Source of the DNA: Bacteroidales bacterium
GTDB taxonomy: Bacteria > Bacteroidota > Bacteroidia > Bacteroidales > UBA4417
Assembly: GCA_016707705.1 (NCBI GenBank)
Contig: JADJHD010000017.1
Span: 68,430 to 132,429 of the forward strand
Length of the DNA: 64,000 nt
Direction: 5' to 3'
Part shown: positions 35,754 to 47,500 of the stretch, piece after piece
How the letters are laid out: each line of letters starts with the position of its first letter
How positions within the stretch are numbered: the stretch's first letter is position 1
Program-made: the position numbers and the translations under genes
Notes under the pieces: generated by a model
What the model was told of the DNA's origin: nothing
The model's database searches: none
What the model saw: only the letters and a program-made list of their open reading frames with translations

Positions 35754-38700
35754 ATGAAAAGCAAGATATCTACCCCTCTCAGGAACAGTTCATTAATTGT
35801 TTTTCTAATTTTCCTACTGTTCGGTCCTGTCAAAATTGTACAGGCAGAAGGTACCAAGCAATTGGACCCAAACACTGCATCTGTATCATTTCCAACACTA
35901 TGTGGAAGAATCCACCTTAGTCAGGATGCCGGGCAATCAAGGATACCTTTTGCTTTGGTTGGATGTGCACAAGTTTACCGATTGAATATTTATGTTGCAG
36001 ACCCTGCAAATGAAAATATCTACATGGGCTTTGGAGCAATTACCGATTATGGTGGAGGCACTCCTCTCTATGACGTCAGTTTTCAGGTAAAAGACCCAAA
36101 TGATAATGTAGTTACCGGATTCGCTATGACTGCATTACCAACAACGGGAGCCGGATTTATACCAACAGGTGTTGCTGGTTACAATCAAGCTCTTGCAGGA
36201 CCTAACATTGGAGGAACTGTACCCGCTGGATATGAGCCATTGATGTTGGATCCAGCTATGGCTGGCAACTACTACATAGAATTTCAGATTCCCGGTGGCT
36301 CTGCTGGCCGACAATTTGAAACTTTTGATATTACCGTTGCAAATGGTGCAAATCCAATACCCGGAAGGCTATGGAGTAAGGCATGGCAATTAAGTTCAAA
36401 TACTACTTCTGCCGGAACAAACGGTAAAACCTTCTCAAGATTTTTTGTCTATTCAACAGATAGTATTGTAACCAGTTTTGACTGTAACGGATTAGCCGGT
36501 GGAGTATTCTCTGTTTATTGCAACCCTTATGGTACTGCAAATACAGGCGACTGGGATCATGACAGGCAGTCTAAAAATGGTAACGGAAGTGTAATCCCCT
36601 TATACAAGCTATTTTTAAATGATCCGGACCCTGCAGTTTTTGGGACAGGGACGTTTGGGCAAGTCTGTGAGTTATCCAGCAGTTCTCATTGCGATGGTAC
36701 TGTTGATATTCTGGTCAAGGTGAATAAGCCCGGAACTATACAATTTGTTATTGACGTTGATCCAATTGGTGCAGGACCTGAAGATGTTACCATTAATTCA
36801 CCAGTAACCGGAAGCCCGGGGTGTGCTGACTGGGATACAATTCCATGGAATGGACTGGATGGTTTTGGCCAACCAGTTTTGAATGGCGCGACTATTAAGT
36901 TCAACATTGCCTATCTGAATGGCTTGACAAATCTGCCATTATACGATATTGAGGACAATAAATTTGGGATTAAGGTTGACATAGTTCGACCCTCACCTCC
37001 TTCTGGAAATAAACTTCCATTATATTGGGATGACTCCGAATTAACCCCTGCAGGTACAACTAATATTGTAACCGGCTGTACATATCCTTCCGGTGGCATT
37101 GTAACAGGTTGTCATAACTGGACGTATAGTGGATTTCAGGATCAGGTTACCCATAATTCCTGGTGGTACTATTTGTCGGAGGATGCTCAAAATCTAACAA
37201 TTAACATTATCAGAGCTCCGGCGGCAGCTGGTCCAATTTCAGGATCCGCAACTGTTTGTCAGGGTGGGACCTACACTTATTCCGTTCCTGTAATTCAAAG
37301 TGCTGCCAAGTATGTCTGGACATTATTGGATGCTGCAAATACAGTTGTTCAGCATGATTCGATTAATAGTCCGGATAATACGTTCACCTATAACTTTGGC
37401 GCAACACAAACGCCTGGCCCTTACACTTTGAAGGTTAAAGGCTGGAATGCAAGTTGTGGCGACAGCACAGAGTCAGTTTACGCATTGGTTCTTAATGCTT
37501 ATTCAATACCTCCTGTTTCCGGCCCCGCCAATGCCTGTATCAACACAATTAGTGCTTTTTCAACTATTGGAACTCTATCCACTTATTCCTGGAGTGCAAC
37601 CAATGGAACAGTTCAAGGGTCCTCCACAAACCCAAGCTGCAATATACTTTGGAATGCAGCAGGTAATCAAACAGTTACCTTAGTGTCATCTACAGCCGCC
37701 TGCCCCGCTGTTAACAGCACCTTCGATATTTTCATCCAAGCTTTACCAGTGCCAGATGCAGGATTAAACGGAATAACTTGTCAAGGCCAGGCTTACACAA
37801 TAAGTGGTGCATCCATCACAAATCAGAACTCCTATTCCTGGTCGGTTACTTCCGGTGCAGGCACCTTGACAAATGCACTGACACTAACTCCAACCTATAC
37901 TCCAACCCCGGGAGAAACAGGAAATATCTTACTAACCTTAACCGGAACCGGATTGTCAAACTGTCCAAGCATCAATGACCAGATGCAGTTACAGATTGTA
38001 CCTTATCCATCAGCTAATGCAGGATTGGATGCCGTTATCTGTCAGGGACAAACCTATACATTCCCGGCTGGCTATGCTATTGCGAGCAATTACAGTACAG
38101 TTGGCTGGACAGCCTCCGGAAGTGGAGCCATCACAAATGGCAACACTCTTACTCCAACCTATACTCCAGGCGCAGGTGAAACAGGACCAGTAACTTTGAC
38201 ATTAACCGCCAATCCTAATACTCCATGTTCCGGCATTACGGACCAGATGACCCTGCAAATCAATCCTGCTGCATTATCCTTTGCAGGAGGCAATGATATT
38301 ATCTGCGAAGGCAGCACTTACACACTATCAGCTGCAACAACCTCAAATTATTCTTCCCTGGCATGGACAAGCAGTGGTAGTGGAAGCTTCAACGATGCAA
38401 CAATTTTAACTCCTATCTATACTCCATCTGCGGCTGATATTACTGCCGGTGGGGTGAACCTGACTCTTACGGCTTCCGGATTAACAAGCTGTTCAGCTGT
38501 TCCAGCTACCATGCATCTTGCAATTTCACGTCAGGTTGTTGTAAATGCGGGCAATTTCGCTTCTGTTTGCCAAAATTCCAGCTTTACAGTATCTACTGCT
38601 AATGCTCAGTACTTTAACACCATTATTTGGACCCAGGATGGATTAGGATCACTATCAGGAGCAAATACCCTGACTCCAACCTACACCCCTGATATCAGTG

Positions 38701-41700
38701 AAACCGGAATAGTAACCCTTACCTTATCCGCTACTCCAATAGCACCTTGCATTGCTGTATCTGACACTGTACATCTAACAGTTAATCCAGCTGCTCAGGC
38801 ATTTGCCGGAGGGACCACCGATATTTGTGAAGGAAGCACTTATACTCTGAACGTTTCAACCGCAAGTGGCTATTCCAGCTTATTATGGACTACCAGCGGA
38901 ACCGGGACATTTGATGATGCTACAATTTTACATCCCACCTATACACCTTCAGCTGCAGATATAGTTGCAGGAGGTGTCACTCTTACGCTGGCAGCAAATC
39001 CTTTTTCAGCATGTACTCCTTCCACATCACAATTTATCCTGCACATCATCCGACAAGTAATTGTTGATGCAGGTCCAGGAGGAACTATTTGTCAGACTTC
39101 AACATTTACACCATCAGCAGCAACCTCGCAATATCAGGCTAATCTTCTGTGGACTTCCACTGGTACCGGTACCCTTACAAATGCAAATACATTGACCCCG
39201 ATATATACACCGGGCCTGGGTGAAACCGGAAACATCACCCTCACCCTTCATGGAAATGCCATATTGCCCTGCGCCAATGTTACTGATGATTTAACTATAA
39301 CAATCAATCAGGCTGCTTCAGCAAATGCTGGAACAAATGCAACAATTTGTGAAGGAAGCACCCATACCCTAACAGGTTCTTCAGCTGCAGGATATGCTAG
39401 TTTGAGCTGGGGAACAAGCGGTACCGGGATCTTCAACAATACTGCGATTCTTAACCCTGATTACACACCAAGCCTGGCAGATATTATCGCTGGATCTGTT
39501 ACATTAACACTTACTGCCAATTCACTGCCCTCCTGTACCAATGCAAGTTGGGGGAAAACTTTAAATATAACAAGACAAGTGGTAGCAGATGCCGGAATTA
39601 ACACTACGATTTGTCAGAACTCGACTTTCACTCCTGTTACAGCCACTGCGAATTATTACAGCGCTGTTTCCTGGTCATCAACTGGAACAGGTTCTTTAAC
39701 AGGCGGCAACACCATGACACCTGTTTACACTCCAGGGGCAGGAGAAACAGGGACTATCTTCATTACTTTATCTGCAACAGCCCTCTCTCCCTGCTCAAAC
39801 ACATCAGACCAGATGGAGCTTACCATAAACGAAGCAGCTCATTCATTTGCAGGAATAAATGCAACCATTTGTGAAGGAAGCACCTATACTCTCGCAGATG
39901 CTACTGCCAACGGATATGCCAGTCTGTTATGGGCAAGCTCAGGAACAGGTTCATTTAGCAGCAATACCGCTCTAAACCCTGTTTATACCCCAAGTGCAGC
40001 AGATATTCTGGCAGGAAATGTCACCCTTTCCCTAACTGCGGTTGGTAATATTGCATGCGCAGATTTCAACTCAAGCATGCAACTGAACATTACCAGACAA
40101 ATACAAGCCGATGCAGGTGCCAATGCAACAATTTGCCAAACTTCAACATTCACTCCTGTAACGGCAACAGCTCAATACTACAGCAGTGTTCTATGGACTT
40201 CCACAGGCGCCGGGACTCTGACTGCAGCAAATACAATGACACCTGTTTACACTCCTGCTGTCGGGGAAACAGGGACTATCAACCTAATTCTAAATGTTAC
40301 CGCCAATCCCCCATGCTCCAATTTCACTGATCAGATGCAGCTCACCATCAATCAGGCTGCTTCAGCTAATTCAGGGGCAAATGCCTTAATCTGTGAAGGA
40401 AGTACTCTTAACTTATCCACTGCAACTGCCTCAGGATATATCAGCCTACTCTGGACTACCAGCGGTAGCGGTTCTTTCGATAATAATGGAATATTAAATC
40501 CTATTTATACTCCTAGTGCAGCAGATGTTACATCCGGACTTGTAACTCTTACATTACTTGCCAACGGAAATGCTTCTTGTGCTAATTCAACATCTAGCCT
40601 GCAATTGAGTATAACAAGACAAGTAACTGTTGATGCCGGACTTGCAGCTACAATATGCCAGACTTCAACTTTCACCCCTACAACAGCTACTTCACAGTAT
40701 AACCACCATCTACTCTGGACACATACAGGAATAGGGAATATTATAAATGCCAATACACTTAATCCTACCTATTCGCCAGGGGTGGGTGAAACTGGAACTA
40801 TTCAGCTGATATTAACAGCCTATGCTAACAATCCCTGTGCTGATGTAGTTGATCAGATGAATCTGACCATTAATCAGCAAGCTCTTGCCTATGCCGGAAA
40901 TGATGCAACAATCTGTGAAGGAAGCACTTATACCCTTTCTGCTGCAACTGCATCTGGATATACTGCCCTCCAATGGACCAGTTCCGGAACAGGGACCTTC
41001 AGCAATAATAGCATTCTGAGTCCCACTTATACTCCCAGCATTGCCGACATTGCAGCCGGCATCGTCACACTTTCGCTCAAGAGTGTTGCTAATCTCTCCT
41101 GTACAGATGCTATTTCCAGCATGACCCTGCACATAACAAGGCAGGTAACTGCAAATGCAGGACTCAACGGACAAGTTTGCCAGAATGCACCATATACCAT
41201 TTCAGGAGCTAATTCACTTTATTATAATACGATTAACTGGACAAGCACCGGGCTTGGACTATTAAATAACATCAACACTCTTACTCCTACCTATACCCCA
41301 GCAGCAGGCGAAAGCGGAACCATCACCCTTACACTGCATGCAATTGCTAATAGTCCGTGTGCAGATGTGTCTGATGATATGACATTGACCATTCATCCAC
41401 TTCCTACTGTGAATGCCGGTCCCGATGCATCAACCTGCCAAGGTTTCAGTTACAACATAACCGCAGCAACAGCTAATAATAATGCTGCAATCAGCTGGAC
41501 AGAGAATGGCACCGGATCCCTACTTAATGCCAATACCCTCACTCCTACCTACGTTCCTGGCCCTGGTGAAACAGGAAATGTGACTATTACTATTGTTGTA
41601 CAGGGAACCAATTCCTGTTCTGCTGAAACAGCCACCGATAATCTGACACTTAGCATTACCCCATTGCCAGATGTGACAGTTGGAGCCGATGCTACAATCT

Positions 41701-44579
41701 GTGCTGCCAATACTTTCAATGTTTCCGGACTCCAATCATTCTGTGCTTCTACATTGTGGACTACTTCAGGAGATGGAGTTTTCTCAAATCCGGCTGCATT
41801 GAATACAACCTATACACCCGGAACAGGTGATATTGCAACTGGAACGGTTACACTGACCATGACCGGTATTGGAACCGGTAGTTGCTCAGCTTTGAATGAT
41901 GCAGATCAACTAGTCCTCACCATCGATCCAATGCCAGCAATCAATGCAGGACCTGATGCTTCCTATTGTGTTACAACTCCTATAGTTTTACCTGGTACTT
42001 CAGCAGCAAACTACTCTTCACTTATCTGGCTCACCGCAGGTGACGGGACTTTCAATAATCAGGTAATCGTCAACCCTACTTATATGCCAGGTAATGTTGA
42101 CTTTAACAATACAACAGTCGTCCTTACCCTTCAGGCACAAGGAAGATTGTCCTGTGCTTCTCAAACAGTAACTGATATTGTCACCCTTACTGTAGCCCCA
42201 TACCCTGTTGTTAATGCAGGTAATGACGATTACATCTGCAGCAATGTAAGTCAGTTCCAGCTTCACGGACTTGGGAATAACTACAATGGTGCAAATATTC
42301 AATGGTCATTTGTTGGAGGAGACGGCACCCTTAACAATGCAAATATCCTCAACCCTGTCTATACAGCAGGACCTATCGACCTCTCCACACAAAACAGGTC
42401 AATTATCTTTACCCTTACCCTCCAGGGAAATGGAAGCTGCAGTGCAGAATTCGTTCATGACGATGTTGAACTGAAAATTGACCCAACTCCTACCAGCAAC
42501 GCTGGGCCAGATGACCAGATTTGTGGACAAAGACAATACCAGTTACAGGCTACCGGACAGTATCAGTCATCAATGGGCTGGACAACTTCAGGTGATGGCG
42601 TTTTCAGCAATACAAATACTTTTACTCCCACCTACACTCCCGGCCCTAATGATGTCGGAAATGTAGTGGTTTTGACCCTAAATGTTCAGGGATGCCAGAG
42701 CCTTACAGGAGGCGACTTCATGTGGCTTACCGTTCATGAGGATCCATCAGCTGCTATCAGTGGTACCACCAGCATTTGTGAAGGTGTGAATACTCCAATC
42801 ACCATAGCCCTGACAGGAACACCCCCCTGGAATCTCACTTATACCAATGGAGTTACACCGGTATCAGTGAACAACATTCCTTCTACCCCTTACATTTTCA
42901 CAGTTTCACCTCCTGTCACCTCCAGCTACTGGGTACTCTCAGCCAGCGATGCTTTCTGCAATGCACCTGCTGATTCCATTCACGGACTGGCTTCAATCAC
43001 AGTGATCCCACTTCCGGATCCATTTACAACTTCAGCCACCAACAATGGTGTTTTCTGCGAAGGGGATACAGGTGTTGTTATCAGTCTGAGCAGCTCCCAG
43101 ACCGGCATGATTTACAGCCTTCTTTTCAACGGACTTCTGGAAGGAACCGTTGTGAATGGCACCGGATCGCCCATCAGTTTTGGAGTGAAGAACACCCCGG
43201 GACAGTATTCCATCCGTGGCGTGAACCCGCTGGGTAATTGCATTGCTATGATGAATGATACGGTAACAGTGATCATGAACCCTATTCCTGTTACTGATTT
43301 CACCACTACCACCGTCTGCAACAGCGATACAACCTTCTTCACGGTGAGTGGCAACTTCACAGCCAAGACCAGCCAGTGGCATTGGGATTTCGGGGATGGC
43401 ACCTTTGCCATTTTCAATGCTCCCACCGACCCATGGCATGTGTATCCAACCTACGGAACCTATACCGTTACGCTCAGTGTGGAAGACACCAACAACTGCA
43501 CCTATTCCATCAGTCATCCTGTGGAAGTGCGTCCTCATCCTACAGCTTTCTTTACCTATTCAACGCCCAACTGTCTGGGTGATGCCAGCCATTTCACCGA
43601 ACTGAGCACCAACCCGCTCAATCAGGGCTATATCCAGCAGTGGGTATGGAACTACGGCGACGGTTCACCCAACGACACCGTCACCTTCCCCAGTACTGCC
43701 AACCCCACGCATACCTATGCCAATGCCGGTACTTACCTTGTGACGCTGAGCATTATGAACAGCCGTTTGTGCACGGATACCTACAGCACCACCATCACCA
43801 TATCCAGGCGTGCCCTGCCGGATTTCTCCTTCTGGAGCAACTGTCAGGACCAGACCGCCATCTTCCAGGATCAGACCAACCTGAACGGGGGCGGACAGGT
43901 AGCCTCATGGCTCTGGACCTTTGGTGATCCCACTTCGGGAGCACTGAACACTTCCACCCTGCAGAACCCTACGCATATCTATTCCGCTGCAGGAACCTAC
44001 AACGTCCTTCTCTGGGTCACCAACTTCAACGGCTGCGCCGATTCTATCAGCCGTGATGTAGTTGTGAAGGGAGCCCCTGATGCTGAGTTCATCAATGCCC
44101 CGGGATGTCTTACCTCTCCAACACTCTTCTGGGCCGATTCACTCTTGATTAACGTCCCGGCCACTGCAACCTACGCATGGAACTTCGGGGATGGCGCTAC
44201 TGCCTACAGCCGCAACACCCAGCATACCTACCTCGCTGCTGGAACCTATACCGTTACCCTTACCATTACCGATACTGCCGGTTGTGAAGGTTCTGTAAGC
44301 CACGATATCACCGTTACCCCTCCGCCTGCAGCTCATTTCACCGCCTCGCTCAATAACTGTCAGGGACAGGCCGTGGCCTTCACCAACCTGAGCTCTACAA
44401 CGGCAGGTTACCTCAACAGCTGGAAGTGGGATTTCGGGGATGGATCGCCCATTGTCACCATCGCTTTCCCCAATACCCCCGATGTAACCCATACCTATGC
44501 CGTTACCGGTATTTTCAATGTCACCCTCACCGTGACCAACTCTTTAGCTGCTGCTCGCATTCCGAGACTATCACCATGA
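35754..44579 (+). CDS. Giant T9SS type-B CTD surface protein, paralog 2, N-terminal 2941-aa part (ended by a 2-nt insertion)
   Basis: Signal peptide MKSKISTPLRNSSLIVFLIFLLFGPVKIVQAEG, N-terminal module, ~19 repeats of 87 aa and PKD domains. The extra ct at 44548-44549 (relative to gene 1 at 31078) shifts the frame and gives TGA at 44577-44579. Confidence 0.8.
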   Translation: MKSKISTPLRNSSLIVFLIFLLFGPVKIVQAEGTKQLDPNTASVSFPTLCGRIHLSQDAGQSRIPFALVGCAQVYRLNIYVADPANENIYMGFGAITDYGGGTPLYDVSFQVKDPNDNVVTGFAMTALPTTGAGFIPTGVAGYNQALAGPNIGGTVPAGYEPLMLDPAMAGNYYIEFQIPGGSAGRQFETFDITVANGANPIPGRLWSKAWQLSSNTTSAGTNGKTFSRFFVYSTDSIVTSFDCNGLAGGVFSVYCNPYGTANTGDWDHDRQSKNGNGSVIPLYKLFLNDPDPAVFGTGTFGQVCELSSSSHCDGTVDILVKVNKPGTIQFVIDVDPIGAGPEDVTINSPVTGSPGCADWDTIPWNGLDGFGQPVLNGATIKFNIAYLNGLTNLPLYDIEDNKFGIKVDIVRPSPPSGNKLPLYWDDSELTPAGTTNIVTGCTYPSGGIVTGCHNWTYSGFQDQVTHNSWWYYLSEDAQNLTINIIRAPAAAGPISGSATVCQGGTYTYSVPVIQSAAKYVWTLLDAANTVVQHDSINSPDNTFTYNFGATQTPGPYTLKVKGWNASCGDSTESVYALVLNAYSIPPVSGPANACINTISAFSTIGTLSTYSWSATNGTVQGSSTNPSCNILWNAAGNQTVTLVSSTAACPAVNSTFDIFIQALPVPDAGLNGITCQGQAYTISGASITNQNSYSWSVTSGAGTLTNALTLTPTYTPTPGETGNILLTLTGTGLSNCPSINDQMQLQIVPYPSANAGLDAVICQGQTYTFPAGYAIASNYSTVGWTASGSGAITNGNTLTPTYTPGAGETGPVTLTLTANPNTPCSGITDQMTLQINPAALSFAGGNDIICEGSTYTLSAATTSNYSSLAWTSSGSGSFNDATILTPIYTPSAADITAGGVNLTLTASGLTSCSAVPATMHLAISRQVVVNAGNFASVCQNSSFTVSTANAQYFNTIIWTQDGLGSLSGANTLTPTYTPDISETGIVTLTLSATPIAPCIAVSDTVHLTVNPAAQAFAGGTTDICEGSTYTLNVSTASGYSSLLWTTSGTGTFDDATILHPTYTPSAADIVAGGVTLTLAANPFSACTPSTSQFILHIIRQVIVDAGPGGTICQTSTFTPSAATSQYQANLLWTSTGTGTLTNANTLTPIYTPGLGETGNITLTLHGNAILPCANVTDDLTITINQAASANAGTNATICEGSTHTLTGSSAAGYASLSWGTSGTGIFNNTAILNPDYTPSLADIIAGSVTLTLTANSLPSCTNASWGKTLNITRQVVADAGINTTICQNSTFTPVTATANYYSAVSWSSTGTGSLTGGNTMTPVYTPGAGETGTIFITLSATALSPCSNTSDQMELTINEAAHSFAGINATICEGSTYTLADATANGYASLLWASSGTGSFSSNTALNPVYTPSAADILAGNVTLSLTAVGNIACADFNSSMQLNITRQIQADAGANATICQTSTFTPVTATAQYYSSVLWTSTGAGTLTAANTMTPVYTPAVGETGTINLILNVTANPPCSNFTDQMQLTINQAASANSGANALICEGSTLNLSTATASGYISLLWTTSGSGSFDNNGILNPIYTPSAADVTSGLVTLTLLANGNASCANSTSSLQLSITRQVTVDAGLAATICQTSTFTPTTATSQYNHHLLWTHTGIGNIINANTLNPTYSPGVGETGTIQLILTAYANNPCADVVDQMNLTINQQALAYAGNDATICEGSTYTLSAATASGYTALQWTSSGTGTFSNNSILSPTYTPSIADIAAGIVTLSLKSVANLSCTDAISSMTLHITRQVTANAGLNGQVCQNAPYTISGANSLYYNTINWTSTGLGLLNNINTLTPTYTPAAGESGTITLTLHAIANSPCADVSDDMTLTIHPLPTVNAGPDASTCQGFSYNITAATANNNAAISWTENGTGSLLNANTLTPTYVPGPGETGNVTITIVVQGTNSCSAETATDNLTLSITPLPDVTVGADATICAANTFNVSGLQSFCASTLWTTSGDGVFSNPAALNTTYTPGTGDIATGTVTLTMTGIGTGSCSALNDADQLVLTIDPMPAINAGPDASYCVTTPIVLPGTSAANYSSLIWLTAGDGTFNNQVIVNPTYMPGNVDFNNTTVVLTLQAQGRLSCASQTVTDIVTLTVAPYPVVNAGNDDYICSNVSQFQLHGLGNNYNGANIQWSFVGGDGTLNNANILNPVYTAGPIDLSTQNRSIIFTLTLQGNGSCSAEFVHDDVELKIDPTPTSNAGPDDQICGQRQYQLQATGQYQSSMGWTTSGDGVFSNTNTFTPTYTPGPNDVGNVVVLTLNVQGCQSLTGGDFMWLTVHEDPSAAISGTTSICEGVNTPITIALTGTPPWNLTYTNGVTPVSVNNIPSTPYIFTVSPPVTSSYWVLSASDAFCNAPADSIHGLASITVIPLPDPFTTSATNNGVFCEGDTGVVISLSSSQTGMIYSLLFNGLLEGTVVNGTGSPISFGVKNTPGQYSIRGVNPLGNCIAMMNDTVTVIMNPIPVTDFTTTTVCNSDTTFFTVSGNFTAKTSQWHWDFGDGTFAIFNAPTDPWHVYPTYGTYTVTLSVEDTNNCTYSISHPVEVRPHPTAFFTYSTPNCLGDASHFTELSTNPLNQGYIQQWVWNYGDGSPNDTVTFPSTANPTHTYANAGTYLVTLSIMNSRLCTDTYSTTITISRRALPDFSFWSNCQDQTAIFQDQTNLNGGGQVASWLWTFGDPTSGALNTSTLQNPTHIYSAAGTYNVLLWVTNFNGCADSISRDVVVKGAPDAEFINAPGCLTSPTLFWADSLLINVPATATYAWNFGDGATAYSRNTQHTYLAAGTYTVTLTITDTAGCEGSVSHDITVTPPPAAHFTASLNNCQGQAVAFTNLSSTTAGYLNSWKWDFGDGSPIVTIAFPNTPDVTHTYAVTGIFNVTLTVTNSLAAARIPRLSP

Positions 44580-47500
44580 ACGTGTTTGGTGCTCCCACCT
44601 CTGATTTCTACTCCTCTGGCCATTGCCTTGGCGATGCCGTTCATTTCACCGATATCTCCACCACCACCGCCAACCAGTCCATATCTTCATGGTCATGGAC
44701 TTTTGGAGACCCCACCTCGGGAATATTCAACACCTCTGACCTGCAGAACCCAACCCATACCTATGCCGCTGCCGGTAACTACACGGTTAGTCTTAAAACC
44801 TATACCGCCAACGGTTGTCATGACTCTGTTGCCTACCAGCTTACCATTCTTCCTTTGCCTGTTGCCGATTTCGTGTTTGAAGCTGCCTGCCAGGGTAATC
44901 CTGCTCAGTTCAACCCTTCGGGAATGGCCCTCGGCACCATCGCCTCCTGGTTCTGGAATTTTGGGGATGGCAACACCTCAACCCTGCAAGCCCCCTCGCA
45001 TATCTACACCTTTGCAGGAACTTATTCAGTCACCCTTTCGGTAACCGATACTTCCGGATGCTCCCGCTCGGTTACTCATCCCCTGACTATAGTCACCCCC
45101 CCGGTAGTGAATTTTGACTTTAACTCTCCCAACTGCGATGATATGGCCGTGCAGTTCAACGACCTGTCTACCGCCCCTGCCGGGTATATCGTGCGCTGGA
45201 CATGGGACTTTGGGGATGGAAACACACAAAGCATTACTTTCCCCTCAACAGCTTCTGTCAGTCATACCTACACTCAGGGTGGAACTTTTAATGTCTCCCT
45301 CTGGGTTAAAACCTCTGATTCCTGCTCCAGCCTGCTGAGTAAAACTCTCACCGTGCTGCCAAAACCTTCGGCAGATTTCAACCACGGCTCTGCTTGCCTT
45401 GGTGCTTCCGTTTCCTTTACCGATGCTTCCCTTAGCAATACCACCGGAGGTATCACCACCTGGAACTGGAATTTTGGCGATCCCACCTCGGGAACCTTCA
45501 ACAGCAGCACCCTGCAGAACCCCACCCATATCTTTAATACTGCAGGTACCTATTCAGTAAAACTGAAAGTCTTTATTGCAGGCGGATGCTACGACTCCAT
45601 TATCATGCCAGTAGTAGTCACTCCTCCTCCAACCGTGGACTTTTCCGCTGTAGCAGGATGCGGAGGGGATACTACTTCCTTCACTTCCTCAGCCCTTGTG
45701 AATGTACCCGCCACTCAGAGCTGGTACTGGAGTTTTGGAGACGGTCTGTATTCTACCCTTGTGGATCCTGTGCATATCTATGCCATGGCAGGCACCTATA
45801 CCGTATCGCTCACCATCACCGATACTGCAGGATGCATCAATACAAAGACCAATTCCATCACCGTTACCGCAGGACCTACTGCCAACTTCAGCTTCTCAAC
45901 ACCTGCCTGCTCCTCCACCGCCGTTACCTTCACCGATCTGGGCAATGCCAACGGCACCACCCTAAACCTATGGCACTGGACTTTTGGAGACGGCTCCGAT
46001 ACCACCTTTACCACCTACCATCCAACCCTTACTCATACCTATTCCCAGCCCGGTACTTTTATCGTATCCCTCTCCCTGTCCACGCAGGAAGGATGCACCG
46101 CCACCGTGCAGATACCACTGAGCATATCTCCCGCTCCGCTTACTGATTTTGACTTCACCAATACCTGCCAGGCACTGCCCACGCAGTTCACCGATCTTAC
46201 CTCCCTCAACGGAGGTACCATCCTGATCAGCCATGCATGGGACTTTGGAGATCCTTCCTCAGGAAGTGCAAATACAAGCACTGCTGCCAGTCCTGTTCAC
46301 ACATTTACTGCCCCGGGAACCTATACCGTCACCCTGATAACCCAGAATGCTTCGGGTTGTGCCGATACACTGGATAAACCGGTGACCGTTGTTCCAAAGC
46401 CCGGAGTGGAGTTCTTTACCGATTCGCTCACCTGTCTGGGAAGCATGACGACCTTCTTCACCGATACCATCATCACTCCCGTGGGAGCTGTTCAGGCTTT
46501 TAACTGGAATTTTGGTGACGGAACCGCGAGTTCAAATCTGCAGAACCCCACACATACCTATACTGTGGCCGGTACTTTCAACGTCACTCTTTCCATTGCC
46601 GATACCTCCGGATGCCAGAACATCATCTCCCATCCGGTGACCATTCACAATGCCCCATCCTCCTCCTTCACCTTCCTTTCCGCCTGCGCCGAAGCTGCGA
46701 CACAGTTCACCGATCTGAGTCTCGCCCCTGCAGGAGATACCCTGGTGAGCTGGTACTGGGATTTTAACCTTGCCAGTCCGGGAACAGACACCTCTGCACT
46801 GCAGAACCCAACCCACACCTACATACTTCCTGGTACCTACACCGTATCACTCACCACAAAAACCGAGCACGGTTGTTCCGACACCAAAACAATGCCACTA
46901 CAGGTATGGAACAAGCCCACGGCCCATTTTAAATACACCGCTTCCCCCTGTGCCAACGGGCTGGTGCAGTTCCAGGACTCTTCATGGAGCTACCAGGCTA
47001 CCGTCACCTCCTGGAACTGGGAGTTTGAACCCTACCAGTACGGTACAGGTCAGAACCCCACCCATTCCTACTATGCTGTGGACTCCTGCTACGATGTGAA
47101 GCTTATGATCACCGACTTGAGAGGATGCGTGGATACCCTTATTAAACCTGTCTGTGTTCCTCCCCAGCTCACCGCTACCTTCACCTACCAGCAGGCATGC
47201 TTCTCCCAGCCCATGACCTTCTCTCCCCAGCTGCTCACACCACCGCCTGCTCAGGACTCCCTGATCACCTTCAGCTGGAATTTTGGAGATCCCGCTTCGG
47301 GGAATCAGAACAACAGCACCCAGAAACATCCTTCGCATATTTATTCCGCTCCCGGATTCTATACCATCAACTTCACCACCACCGACATGTTCGGCTGCCA
47401 GGCAACGGATTACCAGTCCGTGCAGGTGCATGCTCTGCCTGTGGCTGTGTTCTCCTATGACCCGGGAAGCTGCGACAGCACACTCACCTTCACCTCGGCA

